Of a stretch of 64,000 nucleotides of DNA, positions 29,932 to 43,606 are shown piece after piece. Origin of the DNA: Eledone cirrhosa (taxonomy: Eukaryota); contig OZ024753.1 in assembly GCA_964016885.1 (NCBI GenBank), forward strand, positions 39,556,001 to 39,620,000. The letters run 5' to 3'. The first letter of the stretch is position 1. Each line of letters begins with the position of its first letter. Below the pieces are notes generated by a model. It did no database searches. It saw only the letters and a list, made by a program, of their open reading frames with translations, and was not told the DNA's origin. The position numbers and the translations under genes were made by a program.

Positions 29932-31410
29932 ATATATGTGTATATATGTATATATATATGCATATATATATATATATATATAAAATATACGTGTGTATGT
30001 GTGAATGTGTTTTTTTTTTATTTTGTGTGAGTGTGTTTTTGTAATATGATATCTAAGTTGATTGTCAGCGAAATATGTCTAATAGAAGCAAGACTAACGT
30101 TCGGAAAGAAGCATGGGGGAATTAAACTGACCCTTTTCTTTTCAATTAAGATGGGATTTCTGGCAAGATCATGTTGCAACGCATGTAGGGCTCCCAGAGA
30201 AACCATTGTTGAGCAATAAATGCGGTAATCGATAAAACCGCGACCGTTCTAAATATTGATTTGTCAAATTTGAGCTGTTTTGTCAAAACATTTGTAAACA
30301 TGTTTTAGTGTGGATGGAGGGAGAGGGGGCAGGTCGTTGACAATTAATAAAAAAAACAATAATAATAATGATAACAATATGAAGAAAACGAATAAAATTT
30401 ACTGAACAAATAAATGTAGAATTATAACACCGTTGTACATCCGTCCAGGTAAATGGTCGTACACTCCGCTTAACACCGGTTTGACGCCGAGCAATTAACC
30501 AATCAGTTTTGTTGTAGTAAACTTCTCAGTAAACAACACCACCACCACCACTACCATCACCACCGCCCTCACTACCATCACTACCATCACCATCACCACC
30601 ACCACCGCCGCCATCACTATCGCCACTACCAGCACTACCATCAACACCACCGCCATCACCATCACCACCACCACCACCACTACCGTCACCACCACTACCG
30701 CCAACACCATCGCCACCACCACCGCCACCACCATTAACACCCCCATTACCATCACCACCACTATCACCACCACTACCATCACCATCCCCACCGCTACCAT
30801 CACAACCACCACCATTAACACCAACACCACCACCACTACCATCACCACTACTAGCATCACCATCTCCACTACCATCACCACCACTACCATCACCACTACT
30901 AGCATCACCATCTCCACTACCATCACCACCACTACCACCACCACCACCACCACTACTACCATCACAACCACCACCACCACTACCATCACAACCACCATCA
31001 CCATTACATGATACAAACAACATAACTTTGAATAAACACAAATACTTGTGCAATCATTTATCTTATTTGTTTTATTTTGTTTAATTTTCTTTATTTTCCT
31101 AACACCTAATTAATTGTTTTCCAGCCCTTGGTTTTGAATTATTGTTTCTGGAGAATTTTATTTTATTTCATTTTTATTTTATTTTATTTTATTTTATATT
31201 ATTTTATATTGTTTATTTTATAAACTTTTTTTTTTAACTGGACATTTAGAGAGAGAAAAAAACTAGGTTATTTTGATGAGAAACAAAACAAAGTTGGTGT
31301 AAAATATTTGGAAGAGAAACCTGCTGGACTGAGACATTTTACAGTATTTGGTAATAGGTTCCAAAGTTCTGAGTTCAAACCCCTTCTTGGTCGAGGTTTT
31401 TATCTTTCTA

Positions 31411-31990
31411 AGTTGTGTTATATGGTCTTGACTGTGTTAATTAGACGACAAGATCACTGGAGAAGCTCTCTATATTCCAGAACCACATCATGAGACTTAT
31501 GACTGGCAAGCGGCTCAGCGACCGTATCCGTATCTCAACATTACCAGACAGTTGTGTTATATGGTCCTGACTGTGTTAATTGGACGACAAGGTCACTTGA
31601 GAAGCTCTCTACATTCCAGAACCACATCATGAGACTTATGACTGGCAAACAGCTCAGCGACCGTATCTGTATCAGTGAGCTGCTCAACATTACCAAACTT
31701 AGACCAATTACATCAATTTTCAAGTCAAGAGTACTCAAACTATACGACCATATAAAAAGATCAACTCGTGGTGTGAGTAGGTTATGCCTGGAAGGAAGGT
31801 TGGCTGGTAAGAGAAGCAGAGGACCGCAGCCAAAACGATGGCTTGGCAATGTCAACTCGTGGACTGTACTTGATCTTTACTCTTTGAACTCTGCTGCTGG
31901 TGATCGAACTTTGTGGAGAGAGATATCACATTTTAATGCGCAGTCTGCAACTGGCGAAGTTTAGAGTCACAAGAGAAGACAAGAGAAGGA
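31411..31990 (+). mobile_element. 3' fragment of an RTE-like LINE with a partial tandem duplication of its 5' part
   Basis: LYG.. W ..KLSTFQNHIMR...LEGRLAGKRSRGPQPKRW...DRTLWR; 31411-31545 duplicates ~31550-31695. Confidence 0.75.
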
Positions 31991-32362
31991 AATCTGCAAC
32001 ATTAAGGCCGCAAATGGCATTTTGAAAGTATAATTGTGATCTTTGAAAGACGCAAAATTTTCGAAGGCAAACCTTCTTATTGGAGTACATTTTTGGTGGT
32101 CTACTAAGAGAGGGGAAATTGTGAGAGAGAGTGTTGTATGGAGTGAGATAGAGAGGAGGGAGAGAATTCGGTAGTCTAGTGAGAGAAGGGGAATTGTGAA
32201 AGAGTATGTTGTATGAAGTGAGATATAGAGAGCGGGAGAGAATTTGGTGGTTTAGTGAGAGAGGGAAAAATTAGAGAGTGAAAGAGAGTGAGTTATGCAG
32301 TGGAATATAAAGAAGGGGGAGAATTCGGTGGTCTAGTAAGAGAGGGGGAATTGTGAGAGAGT

Positions 32363-34239
32363 AATTTCTATTTATTTGCCACCAGGGCATCAAAGATTGG
32401 GACAAATACAAAGGGGGGAGTTTACATACATTTAAAAAGACGTAAAAAAACATATAACAAATTAAATTTAACAATCGATGTCCTCAATAGGGAGGGGCGT
32501 TGACATGGGGCGCACACACCCCCGAAAAAATGTTCAAAACTCCTCTTCAGGAGCACAAAGAGCGGGTGCTCCCTTCCTCTTCTCATTCTTCTCCTCTCTC
32601 ACCTACAGGTTGATATAGAGAGAAGGCCCATTCACTCGGGCCATTCTCGCTACTTTCACCCACCTTTCATAAAACTTGCTGGGGTAGAGCAGCTCTCTCT
32701 CCATTCTGATCCTTCTTCTAAAGTGGTACTTGAAAAAAAAGACCAGTTGTTGGCCGGAGAGAAAGGTGTCTGACCTCAGCCCTTTCAACCTTGTCCACCA
32801 TACAACCTCTTTCGCCATAGCTATCACACAGAGGAAAACCGCCTCTCCTTCGTTTTTGAAAGGGGGAGGCGGTTTGATCGTGACAATGTTCTCGGTGGTC
32901 AACCGGATTGGTCCCACCCGCGACAGTAGTCGTTCTACATAGCCCCACAGGTCAGCAAAGCCCGGGCAGTGTACGAATGCGTGTGCGACGGTTTCCTCGT
33001 CACGCACGCATCTCGGACAGATCTTCTTCGAGGAGTCCCTACCCGGGCGCCCGTGTCTGTAGAACTTGTCCCGAACGGGTAGAGCTCCTCGGTAACATTG
33101 CCAAGCCAGGGACTTTTGGAAGTTGTCCATCGGTCCCGGGCCAAACGTCCTACCGACCAGACTGGCTAGCTCATCTTCCTCCATGCCCAGAGCCTCTCCG
33201 AGAGCGTCGTCGCACTTACTGCGCACCAACCCTCTATAGAATGTTGAGGTTGAGTCTCCACTGATTGCCGGATCCGCTTGCCAGAGGGCCGTGAGCGCCT
33301 GGGCACATTCAATGTGCCAGTCGCCCACTTTTCTCGGTCTTTGCTTGACCCAGGATTGCAGCTCGGTGAGTGAGACGAGTCTCGGAAAGGCTCGCCTCAC
33401 AAACAGGGCCCACACCGGCTGACCGGTGAGGAATACCTGGAGGTGCCGTAGCCTTAATGCGTGTCTACGCATCGTCAGCCACGGCATCGCCAGCCCTCCG
33501 TTCGAAGGGTGTTGATAGCAGATGGATCTTCTCACTAAAGGAGCCACTTCTTCCAAAGAAATCGGAAGAGCGCGCGCTCCATTTTGGCGAGTGTTTTCTC
33601 TGGGCAAGGCACAACGGTGAAGCAGTAGTAGATGACGGACGCTATATAAGCGTTCGCCACCTCCGCTCGACCTTTCAGGGATAGTTTGCACTCGGCCCAC
33701 TTCTGGGCGAGTGCAAACACCTTGCCCGTTACCTCGTCCCAGTTTTTCTCAACCTAGAAGTTCGGTCCGAACCAGACCCCGAGCAGCTTCACCGGTCCCT
33801 CCGTCCAGTGTCCGACGATGCAGTCGGATGGCATCGGTTTGCCCCTCCACGTCCCGAGTTGCAAACCGACTGACTTGTCCCGGTTCAGCTTGGCTCCTGT
33901 GAACCTTTCATATTCCTCCAGTAAGGTGCCGATCTGCCCGATTTCCGAGGCGCACGACACTATTACTGTCACGTCATCGGCGTAGGCCGACACCGCTTTC
34001 CGCAATCCCGGTTCCAAGGGGATGCCCTGCAACAGCTACAGCTTCCGCAGTAGTGGCTCGAGAGCCAGCACATACAGAAGGGAGGAGAGAGGGCATCCCT
34101 GTCGGATAGATCGCGTGATTTGGAACGGCTCCTAGAGGTAGCCGTTCCCCTTTACCCTCGAGCAGGTGTTGCTGCTGTGCATTGCAGCAATCCAGCCCCT
34201 GAAAACAGGTCCGAAGCCTGCCGCCGCGAGCACCGGGTT
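32363..34239 (-). mobile_element. 5'-truncated L1/Tx1-clade LINE (RT fragment + C-terminal zinc-binding region), pseudogenised
   Basis: IRQGCPLSxLLY and AYADDV RT motifs, LLGV(W)FG, CPRC...ETVAHAFVHC; in-frame stops and a frameshift; AATAAA near the 3' end; GC-rich relative to surroundings. Confidence 0.9.
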
Positions 34240-34920
34240 AAGAGAGTGAAAGAGGGTGAGGTATTTAGTGATATATAGAGAGGGGGAAAGAATTTGGTGG
34301 CTGATTGAGAGAAGGGCAATTGTGAGAGTGAGATAGGAATGTAGTGCTATAGAGTGAGGGGTAGAGAGTTTATTGGTTTAGTGAGAGAGGGGGAATCAAG
34401 AGTGAAAGAGAGTGAGGTATGTATTTGAATATAGAGAGGTGCGAGAGAATTTGTTGGTCTCGTGAGAGAGGGCAGGACTGTGAGGGAGAGTGAAATACGT
34501 AGTAGGATGTAGAGAGGGGCAGAGAGTTTGGTGGGCTAGTAAGAGAGTGGGAATTACGAGAGTGAGGTATGCACTGGTATATAGAGAGGGGAGAGAATTT
34601 GGTGATCTAGTGTGAGGGGGGGAATTATGAGAGAGTGAGGTATGTAGTGGGATATAGAGGGTGGCAGAGAGTTTGGTGGTTTAGTGAGAGAGGGGGGGGA
34701 ATGTGAGAATGATAGAGTGGTATATAGAGAGGGGGAGATTTTTTGTGGTTTAGTAAGAGAGGGGGATTTTTGAGTGATATAGAGAGGAGGAGCGAGTTTG
34801 GTGGTTTAGTGAAATAGGGAGAATGTTGGTTTAGTGAGAGAGAGTGAGGTATGTAGTGGTATATAGAGAGGGTGAGAAAGGTATGTTTTAGTGAGAGAGG
34901 GGCAATATTTCGAGAGAGAG
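34240..34920. repeat. GA-rich degenerate minisatellite; other half at 32100-32362, split by the Tx1 LINE
   Basis: AATTTGGTGGTTTAGTGAGAGAGGGG / GAGGTATGTAGTGGTATATAGAGAG units on both sides of the LINE. Confidence 0.75.
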
Positions 34921-35301
34921 TGACAAAATAAATGTACGAGGAAAGGAAAAGGTTTTAATATTGGGTTTCACAGAAAAGTGGCTGTGTATATGAGTGTGTG
35001 TGTTTATATATACATATATATATATGTGTGTGTATGTGTGTGCGTGTGTGTGTGTGTGCGTGTGTTTATATACATGTGTGCGTGTTTGTATGTTTCTATA
35101 TATATATGTGTGCGTGTGTTTGTTTATATGTGTGTGTGTTTATATATACATATATATATATGTGTGTATGTGTGTGCGTGTTTGTGTGTGTGTGCGTGTG
35201 TTTATATACATGTGTGCGTGTTTGTATGTTTCTATATATATATGTGTGCGTGTGTTTGTTTATATGTGTGTGTTTATATATATATATATATATGCGTGTG
35301 T

Positions 35302-35404
<103 letters not shown>

Positions 35405-35527
35405 TGTGTGCGCGTGTTTCTGTTTGTATATATATATATAAGTTATTCCGGGTTGAATCGGAGGTAACCACAGTAAGTAAGGTACTCAATACATAGCAAG
35501 CAGAGTATAAAAGTTTTAATATAGAAG

Positions 35528-35578
35528 AGCTTCTACAGGACTAGAAGTGTTTCATTCGTGAGAAATCATCAGGAAGCT
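35528..35578 (-). ncRNA. Hammerhead motif (family A), left arm of a spacerless palindrome
   Basis: minus: AGCTTC-CTGATGA-tTTCtcacGAAt-GAAACAc-ttctagtc-cTGTA^GAAGCT. Confidence 0.75.
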
Positions 35579-35625
35579 TCCTGATGATTTCTCGCGGATT
35601 AAACAGATCTAGTCCTGTAGAAGCT
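35575..35625 (+). ncRNA. Hammerhead motif (family A), right arm; catalytic G12 mutated
   Basis: AGCTTC-CTGATGA-tttctcgcggat-TAAACAG-atctagtc-CTGTA^GAAGCT; GAAA changed to TAAA at 35600. Confidence 0.6.
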
Positions 35626-35641
35626 CTTCTATATATATATA

Positions 35642-35734
<93 letters not shown>

Positions 35735-35742
35735 TATAATAT

Positions 35743-35803
<61 letters not shown>

Positions 35804-35843
35804 TATAATATATATATATATAATATATATATATATATAATAT

Positions 35844-35879
<36 letters not shown>

Positions 35880-35880
<1 letters not shown>

Positions 35881-35943
35881 TGGGTCGTCCAGTATGAAAT
35901 TTGTAGAAAAACATTTCTACAAATTTCATACCTGACGACCCAA
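35880..35943. mobile_element. 64-bp hairpin MITE (TIR only) in a TA tract
   Basis: TA|TTGGGTCGTC..GTATGAAATTTGTAGAAA-aaca-TTTCTACAAATTTCATAC..GACGACCCAA|TA. Confidence 0.75.
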
Positions 35944-35956
35944 TATATATTATATA

Positions 35957-36177
<221 letters not shown>

Positions 36178-36714
36178 TTATCTGAAGGCATCGATCAGCC
36201 TAAGGTTACAATAGAAGACAACTTTCACCCAAAGTGCCTCGCTCCGCGACCGAACCTAGAGTCACTCCTTATCAACACACCCATTCCTGCGCCTATCGTA
36301 AACATTATATAATTTAATTACTAAAAAAGTAAATAAATCGAGCTATAATTTAAATATTTTTCCATCCTCTTTTGGTCCATAAAAATATATCTTCTATATT
36401 TGAAAGTCCGGATTAATGAATAAATCAATTAATTAATCATTAACTTAATTTTAAAATATTAAATTGACAAAATCAAAACTTCTATTCTCTCTCTCGTTCT
36501 CTACATTAATCTTCTATTCTCTCTCTCTCGTTCTTTACATTAATCTTCTATTCGTTTTCTCTCTAACATAATTCCTTTATTCTAGATCACTGTAATTAGT
36601 CATTTAGAGTGACCTCCCTTGTACACACTCTTCTGTTTTACGTTGTAAACATTATTGGAGTTAATTGCTGCTTGATTTTGTAGTTAATTTATTGAAATCT
36701 AATTATTTGGAGCC

Positions 36715-36774
36715 ATGTCGTCGTTTAAAAATGCTCGGAAAGGTGGGCAGAAAATGCATAAGGAACGTAGTCAG
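36715..36774 (+). CDS. UTP11: UTP11 coding exon 1 (MSSFKNARKGGQKMHKERSQ)
   Basis: GCCATG start; peptide resembles the UTP11 N-terminus (human ...REHRERSQ, from memory); donor CAG|GTATGT, phase 0. Confidence 0.93.
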
Positions 36775-37289
36775 GTATGTTGTTATATTTGATTGATTAT
36801 AAACATAATAGTAAGCTTTGTTGTCTCTTCGTTGCTACTACTACATCTGTAAACACGTGGAAGTGGTTTATAATCGAACACAAATCAGCTGTTTAAAAAG
36901 AAACATTGTTATTTCTTGTTGCTATTATTATTTAAAGAAATTATTATTTATTATTGAAATTAAATAATTTATTTATTAATAAAACAACTCTTCTTAGAAT
37001 TATGATTAAACTTTCTTCCGCTAAGCTTATACGTATGTCTCTTAGTCGTAAAACAACGATTCACATTACATTCTTTTCTAAGTAAGACACGAATTTGTGG
37101 GCAGGGAAAATTGATCATATCGACCCCAGTACTAGATTGGAACTTTTTAATATCGATCCCGGAAGGATGTAACTGAGTACTTAAAGAACCGTGGCTAAAT
37201 AATCCTAGTGGGAAGTATATAGTAAGAAGGTGATGGACAAACTGTATTATTAGATCACTGGTCAACATGCAATATAGTTAATAAACTCG

Positions 37290-37570
37290 TGTCGCTTAGT
37301 GGTAAGGTTGTTCCATCAACACTCATAAGGTCGTAAGATCGATTCCTGACGGTGTATTGGGAATTTAAGGACACTATTTCGTGTTGCTCGGTACACTCAG
37401 CTGGAAAAAATCAGTTGTATCTGTAATTGAAATGGCTATATCACGCTGAATCTTCCCGAAAACTATGTTATGAGTGCACACATGTCTGTGGAATGCTCAG
37501 CCACTTGCACGTTGATCTAATGAGCGGGCTGATCCATTGAGCTAACAACTAGGACACTTTATTGTCGAAA
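37290..37570 (+). mobile_element. Family-2 tRNA-derived SINE (UTP11 intron 1)
   Basis: GCTTAGTGGTAAGG A-box, GATCGATTCC B-box-like; similar to the 22405 and 56415 copies. Confidence 0.6.
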
Positions 37571-38016
37571 CTGACAGAAGTCCAACCACCATTTAGTTAT
37601 AAATATTTATATTCTGATTTCAAATCCTCGTGGGGTCGAACATGATTTTCAAACCTCTGTAGTAGCCGATAAAATAAGTACCAGTAATATACTAGTGTCA
37701 ATATATTCACCTGCATACTGATGCATGTCACTTGTATGAAATGTTCTAGCCAGCTGTGTTTGGCAAGTTTGAAAGGACTCATCAGTGGTGCCAAGGATGA
37801 CTTTGCCTTTCATCCTTACGGGGTCGATAAAATAAAGTACCAGTAATGCACTCTGGATAATTGCTGGCCTTGTGCCTAAAGTAGAAACAATTATGATGCC
37901 TGAAATAGAAAATAGGAATTAGTCACAATTTAGCTTGTATTACTGTATCTCATTAGACTCTCCTGACAACAACTAGGGATCACATCTCACCAGGGCTTTT
38001 GTTTCATCATCATCAA

Positions 38017-38230
38017 TTAAACCGGCCCTATCCGGCCAGAATTCTCTAACCTCTTTCTGTTTAAACCGACCGTAACTGGCCACTCATACTGACATTAAGT
38101 TATTGTTCTCAAAATATATAATATGGAAATCCTGTAGATTCGGTATTATGTGAGATATTATGTAAGATAAAGCCTTTACCACAAAAATACAATAGTATAT
38201 GTAGAGTAATGTAAATGCTAAAGGGTTAAT
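38017..38230. mobile_element. TTAA-flanked (piggyBac-like) MITE family; other pieces at 49575-49925 and 56670-56808
   Basis: terminus AATGCTAAAGGG|TTAA here and at ~56800; TTAA|TCCTTTAGCATT at ~49576; shared internal sequence. Confidence 0.6.
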
Positions 38231-38947
38231 GTCTATTTTCCATGCTTGCTTGCGTTAGACAGGCTGTTACATACTGAAGCTAGGCTGGTCAGTTTACTAC
38301 GTCTTTCTCTTATGCTCTGGTTTTGGCATAGTTTCTATGGCTGGTTGCCCTTCCTAATCCCAACCACTTTACTGCGTGGACTGGGAGCATTTTATGGTTC
38401 TAGCACTACCACCTTACAGTGGCCTGGGTGCTTTTCATTGTAACACTAATACTACCATCTTCTGAATGAGCTAGGTGTATTTAATTATAGCCCCAGCACT
38501 GCATTTATATTTATTCTTAAAATTGTCAGGCCTTATAGATCAGATACTACATAGAATGATGAAGATCCTTTTACCTTGCAGTGGTTGAGACAACCACTCT
38601 AGTGTTGGTGTCATGGTTGAGTGCACTCTGTATGCCCTGTGAAGACAGTGTAGGACAAATAGGAACCTGTGGTCTTGTTGAGGACTTAGCCTCTCTGGTG
38701 TTGTTGCCATGATATAATGTACCTTGTGTGCTCTGCAAAATAGCTGCTGTTTGGAATGGCATCCAGCTATAGAAACCGACAAAAATGGAATTTACATACA
38801 AGATGTGGTTCCCAGACAGAATGGATGAATAGATGTAAAAAGCTGATGATGGTTTATTCATAATAAAAATGTGAGACCCTTACAAATGTTTAAGGTCCCT
38901 CTTCAAATCAATAGCTTAATGATAATACATTCATTTCTCTTTTTCAG

Positions 38948-39009
38948 CCAAGTGCTCGGGAAACCCTTGGCTTTTTGGAAAAGAAAAAAGATTACAAACG
39001 TCGAGCTAC
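38948..39009 (+). CDS. UTP11: UTP11 coding exon 2 (PSARETLGFLEKKKDYKRRA+)
   Basis: polypyrimidine tract + TTTTCAG acceptor, GTAAGT donor; LGxLEKKKDY motif characteristic of Utp11; 62 nt, ends in phase 2. Confidence 0.95.
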
Positions 39010-39075
39010 GTAAGTATGTGCACCCATTTTACACAACTGGGTGTCAATATTAAAAGTAATTTCTAAAACAACCTA

Positions 39076-39473
39076 CTATACATACTCGAATATATGCTGA
39101 GGAATATGTGACATCCCCCCCAAAAAAAAATCATTGGTAAAATGGGAGGAAGTGAGATCGGATTATATTTGGGGTCAATATTTTGACAATTTTCACCAAC
39201 TTCAAATTCTAAATAAGATGCTAAAATTTCTCAGGCATAAAATAGGGGGTTGGCTCATATCGGTTCACCTTATATTTGAGTATACAATGAATTTCCATTA
39301 TATTGAAATTCACGGGGTATAAAAAAAAATTGTTGTAACGAAAAATTCTTTATAACGAGATCAACCAAACAAATAAGCATTTCTTTGTTACATTGGGGAT
39401 TGAAAAAAAAATTGTCATACTGAAAAATTTATTATAATGGTATTTGTTATAACGGAATTTTACCTGTATATGG
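39076..39473. mobile_element. Tc1/mariner-type MITE with a second MITE (39285-39466) nested in its right TIR
   Basis: TA|CTATACATACTCGAATATA ... TATATTTGAGTA[TA-insert-TA]TATGG|TA. Confidence 0.7.
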
Positions 39474-39917
39474 TAAATCATTTTTACATGTTTTTCCCTG
39501 CTTGGGCTTTCTTCAACCTTTTATACATTCTTCATCTCGAAATTTCAAGACAGGAGTTGAACTTTCAATAATGGCAGTAGCACCTGCTACAATACTACTA
39601 AGCAAATTAAAACTACAACATTTTTGAAACCAAATCACCTGACCCCCAACCCCCATGGTTCTATGATATAAAACTATATATTCTAAAGTTTATCTAACAG
39701 CTGTCCATTATTATTTTATGTAAGAACCTTTGTTCTGTTCCAAACAACAGCTTAATAATAATTAAGTTGGTTATATTGCTAAATACCTCCAAATTCTTAA
39801 TTATTTGAAAACTAAAGGTTTTTCTTTCGTAGAATCCGGGATGGTCTCAGCAGGGTTTGGTATTAAAAGGATTTAATCGACCTGAATAATTCTGAATTCT
39901 ATATTTATTTCTATTAG

Positions 39918-40020
39918 GGAGGATCAGAGAAGGAAAGCAGTTTTAAAGTCACTGAAGACAAAAGCTTTGAACCGCAATCCTGATGAGTTCTACTTCAAAA
40001 TGGTTCGAAATAAAAAAGTG
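39918..40020 (+). CDS. UTP11: UTP11 coding exon 3 (EDQRRKAVLKSLKTKALNRNPDEFYFKMVRNKKV)
   Basis: TATTAG acceptor, GTAAGT donor; conserved KAxxRNPDEFYFKM motif; phase matches exon 2. Confidence 0.96.
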
Positions 40021-41019
40021 GTAAGTAAGCAAAAGATACTTCAATACATCTTTTAACTTTCTCTCTCAACCTGCATGGGCATGAGTTATAACAACATAAT
40101 ATAACTGGGTTATCTGTCATTAAAACACTTAAGAATTTCTCCTATGAGATGTAGTCTCATATGAGGCCAGCTAAACCTGCATAGGTGTGAGCTGTAATAC
40201 CAATATAATTGAACTGGGGCCTCTGTCATTACCCAAGAAACCTATGAGATGTAACCTCGTATGAGGCCAACAAAACCTTAATAGGTGTCAGTTGTAACAC
40301 CAATATAATTCGACTGGTGCCTCTGTCATTAAAACACCCAACAAACCTACAAGATGTATGAGGCCAACAACACCTAAATAGGTGCCATTTGTAAATTTCA
40401 TTTCATTGGTTTTTATATCAAGCTCACCAACGCAATAAGAATTAAAAGTCAGTCTTTGTTAAATCATAATTCAGAAATAGAGAAGACAAACTACATACTG
40501 ATATTATACAGATTTAGTTGGCTTCCTATGTGTTTGCATCTGATAGGTTTATTGGGTGGTTTAATGATAGGGACCCCAGTTGTATCATGAAAAGCTACAT
40601 GAAATGAATTATCACAATGCACCACCCACAGTCCAGTAATGAAACCCATGACATGATTGTGAGTCCAATTCACTGGCCCAAATGCCCTCACGAACTACAT
40701 TCTTCCATGTATCGAAAGCTTGCCAAATAAAAGGTTGGGAGGATCCTTCAGTCGTGTCATGGACATGACAGACTCCCTAGTGTTGGTGATCTACATTATA
40801 AATGCACCCAGTACATGCTATAAAATGGTTGGTGATAGGAAGGGCATACAGCCATACAAAGCTTTCCAAACTAAGGATTGGGGTGACCCTCAGTTGTGTC
40901 AAAGACATGATAACCACTCCTGTGCACTCAGTAGAATATGAGACCATACGTATGCAAGATGAAGATCCCTGGCCTGTCTGGGAGGTCAGTATAATCAGCT
41001 AAAAATGAGTACATCATTT

Positions 41020-41790
41020 CACGTAGGTCCAGTATACTCAGCTGAAAATGAGTATCAGCAGCAATAGCTGGGGATTTAACCCTACGATGGACTGGCGTCC
41101 TGTCCAGGGGGAAGTCTTGAACTCTTGGTTGCTTCATGCCACAAGAAAAGGGATAAACACTGGCTTGATAAGTCTCAAGGCTCAAAACAGACTTTAACCC
41201 TGAGATGGACTGGCATCCAGTCCAGGGAGAAATCTTGAACTTTCAGTCAGTTACCACCACAAAATTCAGGATAAGCACTGGCCTGATGAATCTCCTGATG
41301 CGAGACAGACTTTAATCCTGTGATGGACTGGGGTCCTGTCCAGGGGGAAGTCTTGAATCCTCAGTCGCTTCATGCTGAGGAAACCAGAATAAACACAAGC
41401 CTGGTGAGCCTCCAGACTCGAGACAGACTTTAACCCTACGATGGAGTGGCGTCCTATCCAGGGGGAAATCTTGAATCCTCAGTCGCTTCATGCTGAGGAA
41501 ACCAGAATAAACACAAGCCTGGTGAGCCTCCAGACTCGTGACAGACTTTAAACCTATGATGGAGTGACGTCCTATCCAGGGGGAAGTCTTGAACCCTCAA
41601 TCGCTTCATGCTGCGGAAACGAGAACACAGGCCTGGTGACCCTCCAGACTCGAGACAGACTTTAACCCTACGATGGAGTGGCGTCCTATCCAGGGGGAAG
41701 TCTTGAACTCTCAGTCACATCAATCATGCCACAGAAGAATGGATAAGCACCAGCTTCATGAGCCTCCAAGCTTGAGACAGACTTCAGACT
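41020..41790 (+). mobile_element. SINE 3' region amplified in tandem (~7 units of ~118 bp)
   Basis: repeated CTTTAACCCTACGATGGACTGGCGTCCTGTCCAGGGGG...CTTCATGC. Confidence 0.75.
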
Positions 41791-42294
41791 TTTTTAAGCC
41801 TGTAATAACTGATGAAGATAAAGGGGAGATGCCATTCTAGGCAAGAAAACCAATGATAGTAAAAGATAATCTTAAGAAGTAGTTGGCAGGCAGGAAAAAA
41901 ATTGTTTATTTTATTGCAAGAATTTTTATTTTATTTCCTCTTAAAGGCACTAGTGGATTAGTAAAGCAATATAACCACTGACCGGTCTTGTGTTGACTTT
42001 AAGGGTCAGTGAATGTATCAGAAGATTGACAGCCAAGAGTTAGGAGACTGGAACAGAACTGTTTTAAGTGTTTACTTTGTTGTAATAGAGAGTCATGGGT
42101 GGGTGTCAAAAATCTTTATCTTTTACTTGGTAGTAATGATAGTGTTGTTGTTGGTGCTGGTGATTGTAGTGGCGATGGTAGTAGTGGTGGTGTGGGTTGT
42201 TGTAGTGTTGGTGGTGAGGGTGAATATATATTTCATATCAGAGTTTGAAGAGTGATGCAACTGAATGGAAGAGAGAGCTGCAAACATTGAGATA

Positions 42295-42426
42295 GCTATA
42301 TAGCTATATATATATATATATATATATACATGCACACACATATATATATATATATATAAACATTTATATATATACACACACACACATATAACATATATAT
42401 ATATAGAGAGAGAGAAGCTATATAGC

Positions 42427-42460
<34 letters not shown>

Positions 42461-42835
42461 TGCATACATATATATCATCATCACATACATAGATATATAA
42501 CACATATATATAACACACACAGATATAACACATATACACACATATATATAGACATTTATATATACACACACATATCACATATATATATATATACACACAC
42601 ACACATGCCCACACATATATATATAAACATTTATATATACACACACACACATATAACATATATATATAGAGAGAGAGAAGCTATATAGCTATATATATAT
42701 ATATATACACACACACACATGCATACATATATATCATCATCACATACATAGATATGTAACATATATATAACACACACAGATATAACACATATACACACAT
42801 ATATATAAACATTTATATATACACACACATATAAC

Positions 42836-42866
<31 letters not shown>

Positions 42867-43145
42867 TGCACACACACACATATATATATATATAAACATT
42901 TATATATATACACACACACATATAACATATATATATAGAGAGAGAAGCTATATAGCTATATATATATACACACACATGCACATATATATCTTCATCACAT
43001 ACATAGATATACACACATATATATAAACATTTATATATACACACACACACATATAACATATATATATATATATACACATATATATATATATAAACATTTA
43101 TATATATACACACACACATATAATATATATATAGAGAGAGAGAAG
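42295..43145. repeat. Composite microsatellite-derived tandem duplication
   Basis: GAGAAGCTATATAGCTATA and AAACATTTATATATACAC anchors recur. Confidence 0.8.
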
Positions 43146-43534
43146 GTGTGTGTGAGAGAGTGAAAATGATGCAAGGTCAAAGTTTCAAAATGTCTGGTCT
43201 GTCTTAGAAGAAGAGGAGGAGGAAGAAGGAGAAGAAAAAGAAGAGTGATGAGAGAGAGAGAAAGAGGAAGGCACCAATGGCACCACATATGTCATGGCAC
43301 TTACTATTGTATATGTCACTTGATATACAGAGGTAAAATGATGGATGATGTTTGCTAGAAGTAAGACTGCCGCCTCAAGATTCTTTGGCCGCGCTGTTTT
43401 TCGTGAGTTAAAACAAAGTTTACAGAAAGATTGTATCACAACATGCAGCCAACGAATCTCTACTTTTTTTCCCACCACACACACATACACACATACACAC
43501 ACACACACACACACACGCATATATATATATATAT

Positions 43535-43570
43535 ATTACATACCATCTTATAACAGACTTACACACACAT

Positions 43571-43606
<36 letters not shown>

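Noticed and set aside
41280-41660. CTGATGA/CTGGTGA...GAGAC in tandem SINE tails as possible hammerheads
   Set aside because: GAGAC rather than GAAAC, mostly CTGGTGA, and no stem I or III pairing.
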